64,000 nucleotides of DNA from NCBI GenBank assembly GCA_965206645.1, contig CBDBKE010000003.1:32001-96000 (forward strand), given 5' to 3'. This stretch comes from Terriglobia bacterium (GTDB lineage Bacteria > Acidobacteriota > Terriglobia > JAJPHL01 > JAPKYU01). The position numbers and the translations under genes were made by a program. Shown piece by piece: positions 33,469 through 43,072 of this stretch (its first letter is position 1; the number at the start of each line of letters is the position of its first letter). A model generated the notes under the pieces. That model had not been told where the DNA came from, searched no databases, and saw only the letters and a program-made list of their open reading frames with translations.

Positions 33469-34748
33469 TGACCTGCCGGCTTTCTTCGGACCACCGATTA
33501 CTGGAGAACAGCGCCAGTCGGCATGGTTAAGTCGCTCTCGTGTTCTTCTTGGTCAGCGTGAGCCGGCATCGCCGGCGAGCGCCTACCGTCATCCGAGCCA
33601 GCAGGGAGCTGCGCTTTGAACTCGGCTGGCGTCAGATAGCCAAGGCTCGAGTGCGGTCGCACGTCGTTGTAGTGCCGTCGCCATTGCTCGATCCCCACCT
33701 TCGCGTCCACGCGGTTCCGAAACCACTGCAGGCTCAGATACTCGTCGCGGAACTTCCCGTTGAACGATTCGTCGGTCGCATTCTGCCACGGCTTCCCCGG
33801 CTCGATGAGCGCGGTTTCGATCTGCGCCTGGAGCAGCCACCGGAGAATCGCACCCGCGACAAACTCGGGGCCGTTGTCGGACCGGAGGTAACGTGGGGCT
33901 CCGTGGAGGCTCACGAGCTGCGTGAGCACCTCGATAACGCGCCCGGACCGAATGCCGCCGGCCACGTCGATCGCGAGTGACTCGCGGGTCCATTCGTCGA
34001 CGACGGTGAGGCACTTGAGCGTCTGCCCATTCGCGCAGGTGTCGAACACGAAGTCGTACGCCCAGACGTGATTGACCGCAGTGGCGGGCACCGGGCGGGG
34101 CCGGCTCAGGGCGACCCGGCGCCGCGGCCGCCGCCGAGGCACCTGCAACCCCGCCTGGCGCCAGAGGCGATGGGTCCGGTCCGTGCTCATCGTGTGCCCT
34201 TCGCGTTTTAGGAAAATCCGAATCCGGCGATAGCCGTACCGCGGATACTGCGCCGCCAGACGACGCATCGCGGCCAGCGCCGGGGCATCCCGGTCGACCA
34301 GCCGCGACTGGTAGCCCAGCGTGGACCGTGCGACGGAGAGCAAGGCGCACGCGCGGCGACCCGACAGACCGCGTGCACGTGCATACGCGACCTGCGGCCG
34401 GCGCACGCGTGCGCCTACCATTTTTTTCGGGTGATCTCCTTGAGCACGTCGATCTCCAGATCCCGATCGGCCACCATCTTTTTCAGCCGGCCGTTCTCCT
34501 GCTCGAGCTGCCGCAGCCGCTTCACATCGGCGGGCTCCAACGTGCCGAAGTGTTTCCGCCAGGCGTAGAGCGTCTGGGCGCTGACGCCGTTCTTTTTGGC
34601 CACCTCCGGAACGGGCCGCTGATCGGCCTCGCGGAGGATCGTCACCATCTGCTCTTCGGTAAACCGGGTCTTCTTCATGGCTCCCTCGTTTCTCCGAGGG
34701 CGCCATTCTCTCAGGCTTCAGCTGGTCCGGAAATCGCCAGGCAGGTCA
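33469..34748 (-). mobile_element. IS3 type B, second complete copy
   Basis: 1280 bp, near-identical to 12545-13824; no TSD. Confidence 0.95.
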
Positions 34749-35062
34749 ACCCCATATTGGCCGCTTCGGCTGCACCTGTTGTCACCCGCGTTGCGGCTGC
34801 TTTACCGCCATCCTGTCACTCTCGCCCGGCCTAACCATCGGCTTTCGGTTGTTTGCCCTTCTCCGCTTCCCGTCACCCTCTACGGCCCGCTACGCTGCAT
34901 CCCTTCCGCCAGATGCGGCGCCTGTCAGTCGGGTTGCTTGCCGCTTCGCTGGACCGCGCTGGGAGACGGGGGCGCTGATCCTCCCGGCCAGGGTTCATCC
35001 ATTCCCGCCTGTATGGGTGAGCGGAAATGCTCTAAACCCTAACCTCGAAGGAGAAAAAACAC

Positions 35063-35314
35063 ATGGCAAACCACAGGCCAATTAATGAAATCCGGATCGG
35101 GCGAATCAAGGCAACAATATGGCTCAACGGCACCGAAGATCAGCCGCGCCACAACGTCTCTTTCGGTCGAGTCTACAAAGACGGCGAGACCTGGAAGACC
35201 ACGCACAGCTTCGGGCGCAATGACCTGTTGGTGCTTGCGAAAGTTGCCGACGTGGCTCACACGCTCATCTTGGAGATGGAGAACAAAGACACCGAAACCG
35301 GTGCCGGGTTCTAG
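35063..35314 (+). CDS. Small mobile-element-associated protein, paralog of 12133-12381
   Basis: RBS AAGGAG; shared motifs with the paralog; followed by a hairpin. Confidence 0.75.
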   Translation: MANHRPINEIRIGRIKATIWLNGTEDQPRHNVSFGRVYKDGETWKTTHSFGRNDLLVLAKVADVAHTLILEMENKDTETGAGF

Positions 35315-35324
35315 TAACCTTCCG

Positions 35325-35352
35325 GGGACGGCGGGGATTCCCGCCGTCCCTT
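35325..35352 (+). terminator. GC-rich hairpin
   Basis: GGGACGGCGGG-GATT-CCCGCCGTCCC then TT. Confidence 0.55.
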
Positions 35353-35884
35353 ACGGGAGGAAAAATATATGAACCAGAAACCTATCCTCAAAACAAACCA
35401 TCTAGGCCGCGATCATGGGCTACTTGCGGGAGCTAGTTGTGCTTCCCGGCTGGCCGCAGTATTGCGACCCCCGGAGAGTTCTGTATCGTCTGGCAGACAA
35501 TGCCCCGGCATCCGGTGGGATGGCGCGCCGGGAGAAGAGCTAGTTTATCGCCTGTATTCCCGTTGCCGGTCCGGAGCCGGTAGAGGTGGACTACCACGAG
35601 GCGTTAACTCAGGTTTGCCAAGGGTTTGGATAACTTCTCTCATATCAACAGCCTACGTTGTCGAGAATCCGCGTAAGGCACTACAAACGCGCGGCAACCG
35701 TTTTTTCTCGGGCTCAAACGATCATCTTCCTCGTCCCGCCGGCCGCTCCCCTCCCACAATGCCCATAAATCAATCACTTACGATGACAAAATCCGGCACT
35801 TGGGGCCAAATTACCCACGATCTTGGTAAAGATGGGTTAAACTGATCGTCAATAAAGCCAGACAGCGAGGACTGGGCTTTCACC

Positions 35885-36337
35885 ATGTTGAACTCTCAGG
35901 AGTCAACGCAAGGAATGAGGATGGCGTTCTATCGATTGTTTTTGTACGTCCCGGAAGAATCATGCTTCGCGTTTCGGATTCGCCTCTGTCCTGATCGGGA
36001 GCAGCTTGGCACTGTTGCGGCACCAACCGCCGTCATTTCGCTATCGAGTGACGAGGCGCTGAGCCTCTGTCTCGCCGAACTCGGCGTCACAGGCTATTCC
36101 CGATTTCGTGACGATACGCTCGCCGGGCCGCGTTTCGACTACATCCAGAACACACCGGAGGATATTGTTGCCGCTATCAGAGCAAAGCCGTTCTCAAGCG
36201 TCAGTCATGTAACCTTAATCGCGAAAGACACACCGCCCAGTGAGATGCGCCGTCGCCTCGACTCCCTACGCGAGAAGATACCCGACACCGTTGAAATCGT
36301 TGAGCCCGCTGAGACAAGTTCGGTTAGGCTCTTATGA
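35885..36337 (+). CDS. Hypothetical protein
   Basis: 150-aa ORF with no recognised motif; convergent with the repeat array. Confidence 0.5.
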   Translation: MLNSQESTQGMRMAFYRLFLYVPEESCFAFRIRLCPDREQLGTVAAPTAVISLSSDEALSLCLAELGVTGYSRFRDDTLAGPRFDYIQNTPEDIVAAIRAKPFSSVSHVTLIAKDTPPSEMRRRLDSLREKIPDTVEIVEPAETSSVRLL

Positions 36338-36494
36338 AAGGGGATTATAAAGAACGCTTGACGAGGATGGAATCAGCTATGACTTCGCCCAAAAAGCGCG
36401 TAGAGCTTGCAAGGAGCTGACGGCGTGAGTGCAACGAAGTTCTTGTTGGGAAAGAGTCTCGGAAGGATACTACTAAATCGGAGAGAAACCCTAA

Positions 36495-36536
36495 TTATCG
36501 GGTTTCAATTGGAAAGTCGGGGCGTCCTGTTTCCAT
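36495..36536 (-). CDS. Micro-peptide METGRPDFPIETR
   Basis: AAGGAGGTGA SD, 7 nt from GGAGG to ATG; homologous to the two neighbouring micro-ORFs. Confidence 0.65.
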   Translation of the reverse strand: METGRPDFPIETR

Positions 36537-36691
36537 TCCATCACCTCCTTTTTTAGTTGTACCCAGGGGGTCGTGTAGCCCTCTGAGCCAGCCTTCCGAG
36601 ACTCATTCCCTACAAGACTGCACCTACCATGATCCGTTGTTCTTGTAGGGGAGAGACCCCGAAAGGATACTAAATGGGGGAGAAACTTTAA

Positions 36692-36736
36692 TTATCGGGT
36701 TTCAATCGTAAAGTTTGCGTATTCCGGTTCGTGCAT
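36692..36736 (-). CDS. Micro-peptide MHEPEYANFTIETR
   Basis: AAGGAGGT SD, 7-nt spacer; same IETR-TAA end. Confidence 0.65.
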   Translation of the reverse strand: MHEPEYANFTIETR

Positions 36737-36899
36737 TTCCGTACCTCCTTTTTAGTTGTACTCAGGTCGTTCTGTCCGGCCTGAGCCAAGCTTTCGGGGT
36801 CTCTCCCTTGCAAGACTGTACGATACTCTGATCTATTATTGTTCTTGTAGGGAAAGAGTTCGGGAAGGGATTCTGAATTGGAGAGAAACTCACATTTAC

Positions 36900-36938
36900 T
36901 TATCGGGTTTCAATTGGACAGTTAGGTCGTGGTTCCAT
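36900..36938 (-). CDS. Micro-peptide MEPRPNCPIETR
   Basis: AAGGAGGTGA SD, 8-nt spacer; synonymous changes versus unit 1 (CGC/CGA, CCC/CCT). Confidence 0.65.
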   Translation of the reverse strand: MEPRPNCPIETR

Positions 36939-37147
36939 TTCCATCACCTCCTTTTGTAGAGTACTCGGGTCTTATTCACCCGAGTCATACTTTCGAGGTC
37001 TCTCCACTACAAGATCGCATTATATCGGCTATCCAATTTATACCTTGCCGTTAGCGAGCTGTCTGCATTAGGCTGAAGCCTGCTGCAACGAGTCCGCTGA
37101 GTGCTTAAACGCCCAGTGGCCTTAATTTAATAAGGACGATTAATGCC

Positions 37148-37678
37148 ATGCAACGTGAGAATCTGAAGGGAGTCTTGCCGGTAGTCTCGCTGTTACTTTT
37201 TTTGGGTGTGTTGGGATATCTAACCAGAGACCCTTCGGCAAGAGTCCGGCAGCAGTCTACCCAAGAGGAACGAGCCTATCAAGAGAAGTTGAAAGCGATT
37301 CAGGAGCAAGTGCAAGCTCGCGTAAAGAAATACGGGGAACAGCATGAAGCTGAAGAAGCGGCGAAACGGAAGGCTGAAATACGTCGTCGTTTGGAACTGA
37401 TGAATGCCGATCTTTCGGGTATATGGAATACGGGTGTTGGGTGGGCGTACATGTACCCGAATGGAAAGGTAACACTGTACAGTCGTGATTGCACCGTGAA
37501 ACGACAAGCCACATGGAAGTATGAGTACGGGGCTCTGACAATACACCAGAGGCATCTGAACAGGAACTTTCAAATCTCTTTTGCAAACGTCATAGGGTTC
37601 GAGGGGGTTGGCTTGACTTTTGATACGGGTGGGGAATGGATTCGCCTTAGCAAGAAAATGGACGAACGGCTCTGTTGA
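37148..37678 (+). CDS. Hypothetical membrane-anchored protein
   Basis: RBS AAGGA; N-terminal TM helix, coiled-coil, small beta domain. Confidence 0.7.
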   Translation: MQRENLKGVLPVVSLLLFLGVLGYLTRDPSARVRQQSTQEERAYQEKLKAIQEQVQARVKKYGEQHEAEEAAKRKAEIRRRLELMNADLSGIWNTGVGWAYMYPNGKVTLYSRDCTVKRQATWKYEYGALTIHQRHLNRNFQISFANVIGFEGVGLTFDTGGEWIRLSKKMDERLC

Positions 37679-37727
37679 GGCTAGATCTTATTTCCGACAT
37701 TAGGAATTATTTAAACAGGGAGGCGTA

Positions 37728-38051
37728 ATGTCACAAGACGAACGAGATGCCATCATTGGAAAGACTGGTCGACTGTACCAGGCGGAAACGAAAAGGCGGG
37801 CTTGCCTGAAGACGAAGATATCCTCTATAGCTGACGCTCTTAAAATCGTTCAGGAGGCGCTTGACGGCTGCTTCGACTCCGATTCCGATTATGAGTATTC
37901 TGATAAGAAGAGGCTCATCCAGCGCCGTTACGGTGGTCGGCAAGTTGAGTTACCGGCAAGCGAGGAGTTACACCAGGTGTTTCTCGACGTTGCCGCTACA
38001 GAACGTAGGATCGAGGAGCTTAGGCAGCACCCGAGAAAACGGTTCCGATAG
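37728..38051 (+). CDS. Hypothetical protein
   Basis: RBS GGGAGG; 107 aa. Confidence 0.6.
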   Translation: MSQDERDAIIGKTGRLYQAETKRRACLKTKISSIADALKIVQEALDGCFDSDSDYEYSDKKRLIQRRYGGRQVELPASEELHQVFLDVAATERRIEELRQHPRKRFR

Positions 38052-38334
38052 CCCCCAGGAATGGAGAGGTGTCTGAAAAAGCTGGTTCTGGAAGCCGAGC
38101 GACGGGCTTTCAGGACCCGGCGAGGACCGCTCGGAGCCCCCAGAGAGAAGAACTGTGCTGGAAGGGCTCAGTTGGAGGCCAATGGTTGTATACTCACGAG
38201 TGCCGGAGGGCCAAAAAACTAATTCCGGCTGAATGAAGTGGATACCCCATTCGCGTGATATAATGGAGCCGGTTTCTATGCCTGCTTCGCTTTTGCGTTT
38301 TGTCAAGACCTGAGCCGAAACCGGACATAGTTCT

Positions 38335-38622
38335 ATGAAGACTGGGCTCATCGGTTTCGCCGTCCGACTGCTCGCCGCGGCTGCGGTCTTTGCATTCTGT
38401 GTCATTACTACGGCCGCAGCAACACCCGGTCTGTTCCACGGTGACGATCTGGACCACTGTTGTGAGTTCTGTCACCTCGGTCACCTCCCCATACTGAAGC
38501 CGGGCGTGGGCGTCACCTATCAGCCGCCGCCGAGATTGGCTGTCCCATTCCGATTCCAAGCCGCTCCGCAGGAGAGCCATTTCTCGCTGAGCGTCCACCA
38601 CTCCCGCGCTCCCCCTGCGTAG
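38335..38622 (+). CDS. DUF2946-like (CruR/CutF-type) leader protein
   Basis: Hydrophobic N-terminus, HCCEFCH (CxxC), C-terminal SRAPPA*; directly upstream of a TonB receptor. Confidence 0.75.
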   Translation: MKTGLIGFAVRLLAAAAVFAFCVITTAAATPGLFHGDDLDHCCEFCHLGHLPILKPGVGVTYQPPPRLAVPFRFQAAPQESHFSLSVHHSRAPPA

Positions 38623-38842
38623 ACTCTCCTCACCCAATCTCAAGGGTCGCTTGAAAGTTAGGGGGCCTTTGTCGTAACCAGATTGCCGCTCCAGAGGCTA
38701 TCCGGGCGCTGGCACACTGCCAGTTCCGGTAACACGGGAAGGGCCGCCGTGTTGACTTAAGCGAAGTCGATCAGCTGCCGCCTTGCGATATGGGTCTAAG
38801 CGTTCTTCAACATGAACAAATTCGCAAAAGAGAAGCTCTACC

Positions 38843-41239
38843 ATGCTATTGAATACTATCGCGCGTTGCTTCTTTCTGTCCGCCCTGCTGATGTTGGTTG
38901 CCTTAAAGGCCTGGGGTCAGCAGAGTGGGCAGATCTCAGGGAAGGTCTCGATGAAGGAGACGGGCGGACCGCTCCACGGGGCGCGCGTCTTGATTGTTGA
39001 GCTGGGACGAAGCACGCTCAGCGATGACGATGGCTCGTACGAATTCAATCGCGTCCCCCCAGGCAATTATCACGTGGTCGCCCATCTGGAAGGTATCTTC
39101 ACCGAAGCAGCCAGTGTTGTAAGCGTTGCAGAGGGGGGCAAAACGACCGTCGATTTCCTTCTGAAGCTGGCGACGCTACGAGATACGATCACTGTCACGG
39201 CTGGCGAGAAAAGTGAGCCCGTTTTCGAAGCGTTTCAGAATGTCGAATCGATAGGAGCGTTGGAACTTGCGAGAACCCCTGATGTCTCCCTCGGCGAGAT
39301 GCTTGACCATAGGGTCGGGACTGGGATCGCGAAGCGCAGTTTCGGACCGGCAGCGGCCAGGCCGATCATCCGCGGATTTGACGGCGACCGTGTGCTCATC
39401 ATGGAAGATGGCATTCGGACCGGGACGTTGTCATCGCAATCGGGAGACCACGGCGAACTCATCAACACCGCCCAACTCGAACGGCTGGAGATCGTCAAGG
39501 GCCCGGCCACACTTCTGTACAGCGGCAACGCCATGGGCGGCACCGTGAATGCTGTGAGTCGACACCATGATATGCACAGCCACGCGCATCAGGGATTGCG
39601 GGGTTTCCTCCTGGGTTCCGGAGGGTCCAACAATAGCCTGGGTGGCGCAAGCGCCGGTTTTGAATACGGTGTCGGGAAATGGATGATCTGGGGACAAAGC
39701 GGCGGCGTACGCAGCAGCGACTACACTGCGCCGGATCAGGGCGAGATCTACAACAGCCGTTCCCGCACAACCAATGGCGGTGGGGGATTTGGCTGGTATG
39801 GCAGCAAGACATTCTTCAGCCTTGAGGCCCGGTACGCCGAGGGTTCCTACGGCGTGCCATTCGTTGCGGATTTCCATGGTCGCCATGATGACGAGCACGA
39901 CGAAGATCATGGGGGGGTGGACGAAGATGAAGAACATGACAAGGATGAGAACGGACATGAGGAAGAGGAGGAACTCGATCGCGTTTCGCTAGACTCCGCT
40001 CGTACGCACTTTCGCTTCAACTGGGGCCTGAGAGATCTCGGCGCGGCCATCAACAGCTTCACATTGAAGCTGGGCTACACCGACTGGATACACGACGAGG
40101 TCGAGTTCTTCGAGGACGGCAATTTCGAAGTCGGCACGACGTTTAGCCAGCAGCAGGTCATCTACAGGGGGGTCTTTGAGCAAGGCCATGTCGGTAAGTG
40201 GAGCGGCCGTTTCGGTTTCTGGGGAATTGATCGCGATTACGAGGCTGTGGGCGAGGAAGCCCTTTCGCCGCCGGTCAGCCAATCCGGCTTTGCGGTCTTT
40301 GCTCTGGAAGAAGTGGACTTTGAAACGGTGAAGTTTCAGTTCGGCGGCAGGCTGGAAACCCAAAAGTACACGCCGGCATTCGCAGAACGTGAAATGGACG
40401 AAGGGGGGGATCATCACGAAGAAGAGGGTCATGACGAAGAAGAGGGGGAACAGTACGAGCCGCCAGATGCGATTCAGCGGACTCTGACAGGAGTCTCAAT
40501 ATCTGCGGGTCTTCACGCCAATACGTGGAAGGACGGTGCGCTCGTGATGAACTACGCACACTCGTATCGCGCGCCGGCTCTGGAAGAGCTCTACAATTTT
40601 GGACCGCACGCAGGCACACTGTCGTTTGAAATCGGTGATCCGCAGCTCGAAGCGGAAACGGGCAACGGCGTGGACCTCTCCCTTCGCCACAAAGGCGGCC
40701 TTATACGAGGAGAGCTCAACCTTTTCTACTACGATTTCGACAATTTTATCTTTCCTTTCGCACCCGGCGGGGAGGAAGATGGGCTGCCAGTGATCGAGTT
40801 CACCCAGCGCGACGCACGATTCATGGGAACCGAAGCCGGTCTGGATGTCTCCATTCACCCCAACCTATGGCTGAATCTGGGTGCGGACTTTGTCGATGCG
40901 CAAGAAACCAACCTGAACACTCCTCTGCCCCGCATACCACCGTTGCGGGGCAAGATCGGTTTCGATGTCGACTACAGCGGCTTCCGCTTCACACCGCAAC
41001 TGATCCTCGCGAGCCAGCAGCATCAGACCTATACCAGAGAAACACGCACTCCCGGCTATGCCGTTGTAAACCTGAAGGCTTCCTATACGATTGTTCGGCA
41101 GCACTTGGTGCATCAATTCTCTGTGAATGTCTTCAACATCGGCGACCGCCTTTACCGCAACCACTCGTCGTTCATCAAAGACCTCGCGCCGGAAATTGGC
41201 CGTGGTGTGCGGTTCACCTACACCATGCGTTTCTTCTAG
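38843..41239 (+). CDS. TonB-dependent receptor, ZnuD-like with His/acidic loops
   Basis: Signal peptide; RPIIRGFDGDRV, DHG plug motif, LEIVKGPATLLY; C-terminal Phe; two His/Asp/Glu-rich loops. Confidence 0.9.
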   Translation: MLLNTIARCFFLSALLMLVALKAWGQQSGQISGKVSMKETGGPLHGARVLIVELGRSTLSDDDGSYEFNRVPPGNYHVVAHLEGIFTEAASVVSVAEGGKTTVDFLLKLATLRDTITVTAGEKSEPVFEAFQNVESIGALELARTPDVSLGEMLDHRVGTGIAKRSFGPAAARPIIRGFDGDRVLIMEDGIRTGTLSSQSGDHGELINTAQLERLEIVKGPATLLYSGNAMGGTVNAVSRHHDMHSHAHQGLRGFLLGSGGSNNSLGGASAGFEYGVGKWMIWGQSGGVRSSDYTAPDQGEIYNSRSRTTNGGGGFGWYGSKTFFSLEARYAEGSYGVPFVADFHGRHDDEHDEDHGGVDEDEEHDKDENGHEEEEELDRVSLDSARTHFRFNWGLRDLGAAINSFTLKLGYTDWIHDEVEFFEDGNFEVGTTFSQQQVIYRGVFEQGHVGKWSGRFGFWGIDRDYEAVGEEALSPPVSQSGFAVFALEEVDFETVKFQFGGRLETQKYTPAFAEREMDEGGDHHEEEGHDEEEGEQYEPPDAIQRTLTGVSISAGLHANTWKDGALVMNYAHSYRAPALEELYNFGPHAGTLSFEIGDPQLEAETGNGVDLSLRHKGGLIRGELNLFYYDFDNFIFPFAPGGEEDGLPVIEFTQRDARFMGTEAGLDVSIHPNLWLNLGADFVDAQETNLNTPLPRIPPLRGKIGFDVDYSGFRFTPQLILASQQHQTYTRETRTPGYAVVNLKASYTIVRQHLVHQFSVNVFNIGDRLYRNHSSFIKDLAPEIGRGVRFTYTMRFF

Positions 41240-41324
41240 AGGCGCACCCGATCCTGACTGACCGGCGAGACTGTGGGTGCATTCCATCCCCGGCAGGTCA
41301 AGGAAGGTATCTCGCAGCTCGAAA

Positions 41325-41688
41325 ATGTCGGTCCACCGTCGGTTGCCGCTGGGGGCGGTCACGCTGAGCTTCTCCGGGAGGACTGCCAAGACGACCGCCG
41401 AGGGAGCGTGGCAATCGACCGCGGTTGGACGCCTTTGGCGTCTGAAGACAACCTCCCCCGGCGCTCGCGCGATGCGCATTCATTTTCGGGACTTCGCCAT
41501 CGGGGCGGGCAGCCTCTGGCTCCACTCGGCGAGCGGGCAGGTCGCCGGGCCTTACAGCGGCTCGGGTCTGTACGGGGACGGAGACTTCTGGAGCGGTATT
41601 GTTTTCGGCGACAGCCTGACGATCAAGTATCTGCCCGATGGAGAGTCGGCGGAAGAAGCCGTGCCGTTCCGAATCGTGGCGATCAGCC
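41325..41688 (+). pseudogene. Fragment of a paralog of the 7394-10231 protease prodomain
   Basis: High nucleotide similarity to ~7665-8020; cut by the IS at 41689. Confidence 0.85.
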
Positions 41689-43055
41689 TGTCCATTGCGA
41701 ATTGATATGTTGAGCGATTCTACCCGTGACCGCTGCCCCAGTGAGGCGAGTGCACACTGGCGGAGTACCCTCGGTAGCAGCGAAACAATCAGATCAGACA
41801 ACCGCTCCGCGTTGACAAGCTCAAACAGCGAATGGTTTCGTAGGAAGTGCCCGCCTGCCGATGTCCGCCGGTTACACAGGGAGCACCAGTCTTTGGAGAA
41901 TCAGGCAGTCATTGGGGTGTGATAGAGGCCTCTGCAGTGGCGTTGCCATCCATAGGAATGGAGCCTGGCGACTGGTCGTGGTATAGGCGTGACTGGATCA
42001 GGCGTTCTCCCTTCCAGTCCAGTGTGCAAGCGATACGCATTGAAATATGTCCTGAAATCGAGCAGCTTGTTCTCCAGGTCCGCCGTCGTCCAGAACAACC
42101 TGCGATCCAAATGCTCGCGTCGAATCGTGCCGATCAACCGTTCCACAAAGGGATGGGACAGGGGAACATAGGGGACGGTTTTGATTTCGATTACCTCCAG
42201 GATCCGCAGATTGGCTTGCCACTGCCCAAACCGATACAGGGGATCATGGTCGGAGCTGAGGTAGTTGGGCATACAGGGTTGCCATCGAATGGCGCGGTTG
42301 AACATGCGGCAAAGTGCCACGCCATTGACGGTTCCGGCGTGGACGCCGAACCCAATGATCCGACGGGTGTATTGATCCATGACGACCAAGACCCAGCGGG
42401 TCCGCAACGTGGCCGATTCGCACCGGAACAGATCTATACTCCAGAGGCTGTCCTTCATGTGGCCAATGAAGGTCAGCCAGGATGGACCACCGGAGTCCTT
42501 TTTCGGCCGATAGTGGCTGGCGAGAATCCTTCGAACAACGTCTTTGTCGATGAGGATGTCGAAAGCCAAGGCAATCTGCTGAGCGATTCGCGGGCAGCCC
42601 CAGGTGGGATTGCGCTGCTTCATCTGGACAACAGCGTCGATGAGTTCTTTGTTGGGTCCGTTTGGTCCGGGCTTACGCCGGTGCTTGGATGAAAAGAGCA
42701 GGCAATATTTTCGGTTCCTCAGAGCCCGGTGGAGACCCAAAAGAGTCGAAGGCTTCAGCACGATTGCTGAGCGGATCAGGCGGGCGGGGCGGATGAAGAG
42801 AGCACATAAACCGGCGACAAGGCGATCTGAGGTGCGTAGATTGGGTGACCGCTGTCGCGAACGATTGAGAATCAGGAGTTGTTGCTTGACATGAACGGAC
42901 TCAGCCACCACAGAACGGAAGCAACCCGGACCTGCAAGTCGCGCAAGAGTAACGATTAAATGAACGAAAAGGATGACAAGATCACGCATCTTGGCATTCT
43001 ATCAAATCTTGATAATGGCAGAATATTGGCCCGTTTTAGCAATTCGCCAGGGACA
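41689..43055 (-). mobile_element. IS481-like integrase-core element, intact copy B (transposase 41901-42989)
   Basis: TGT...ACA imperfect 16-bp IRs; NPTWGCPRI, SIDLF, SDHDP, ERLIGTIRRE. Confidence 0.8.
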
Positions 43056-43072
43056 GGCATGTCCGATTCTCG

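Larger units (their letters stand above)
36441..37014 (-). repeat. Three tandem ~200-bp structured units, each with a micro-ORF
   Basis: Units 36441-36617, 36641-36815 and 36843-37014, each bounded by ~25-bp inverted arms. Confidence 0.9.

Noticed and set aside
36441-37014. CRISPR array or retron ncRNA interpretation of the tandem units
   Set aside because: The 200-bp period with homology along the whole unit is not a repeat-spacer pattern; no cas or reverse transcriptase gene is in the window.
41325-41688. DGR template/variable repeat pair with 7665-8020
   Set aside because: The differences are not adenine-specific and no RT is present; this is a paralog fragment.
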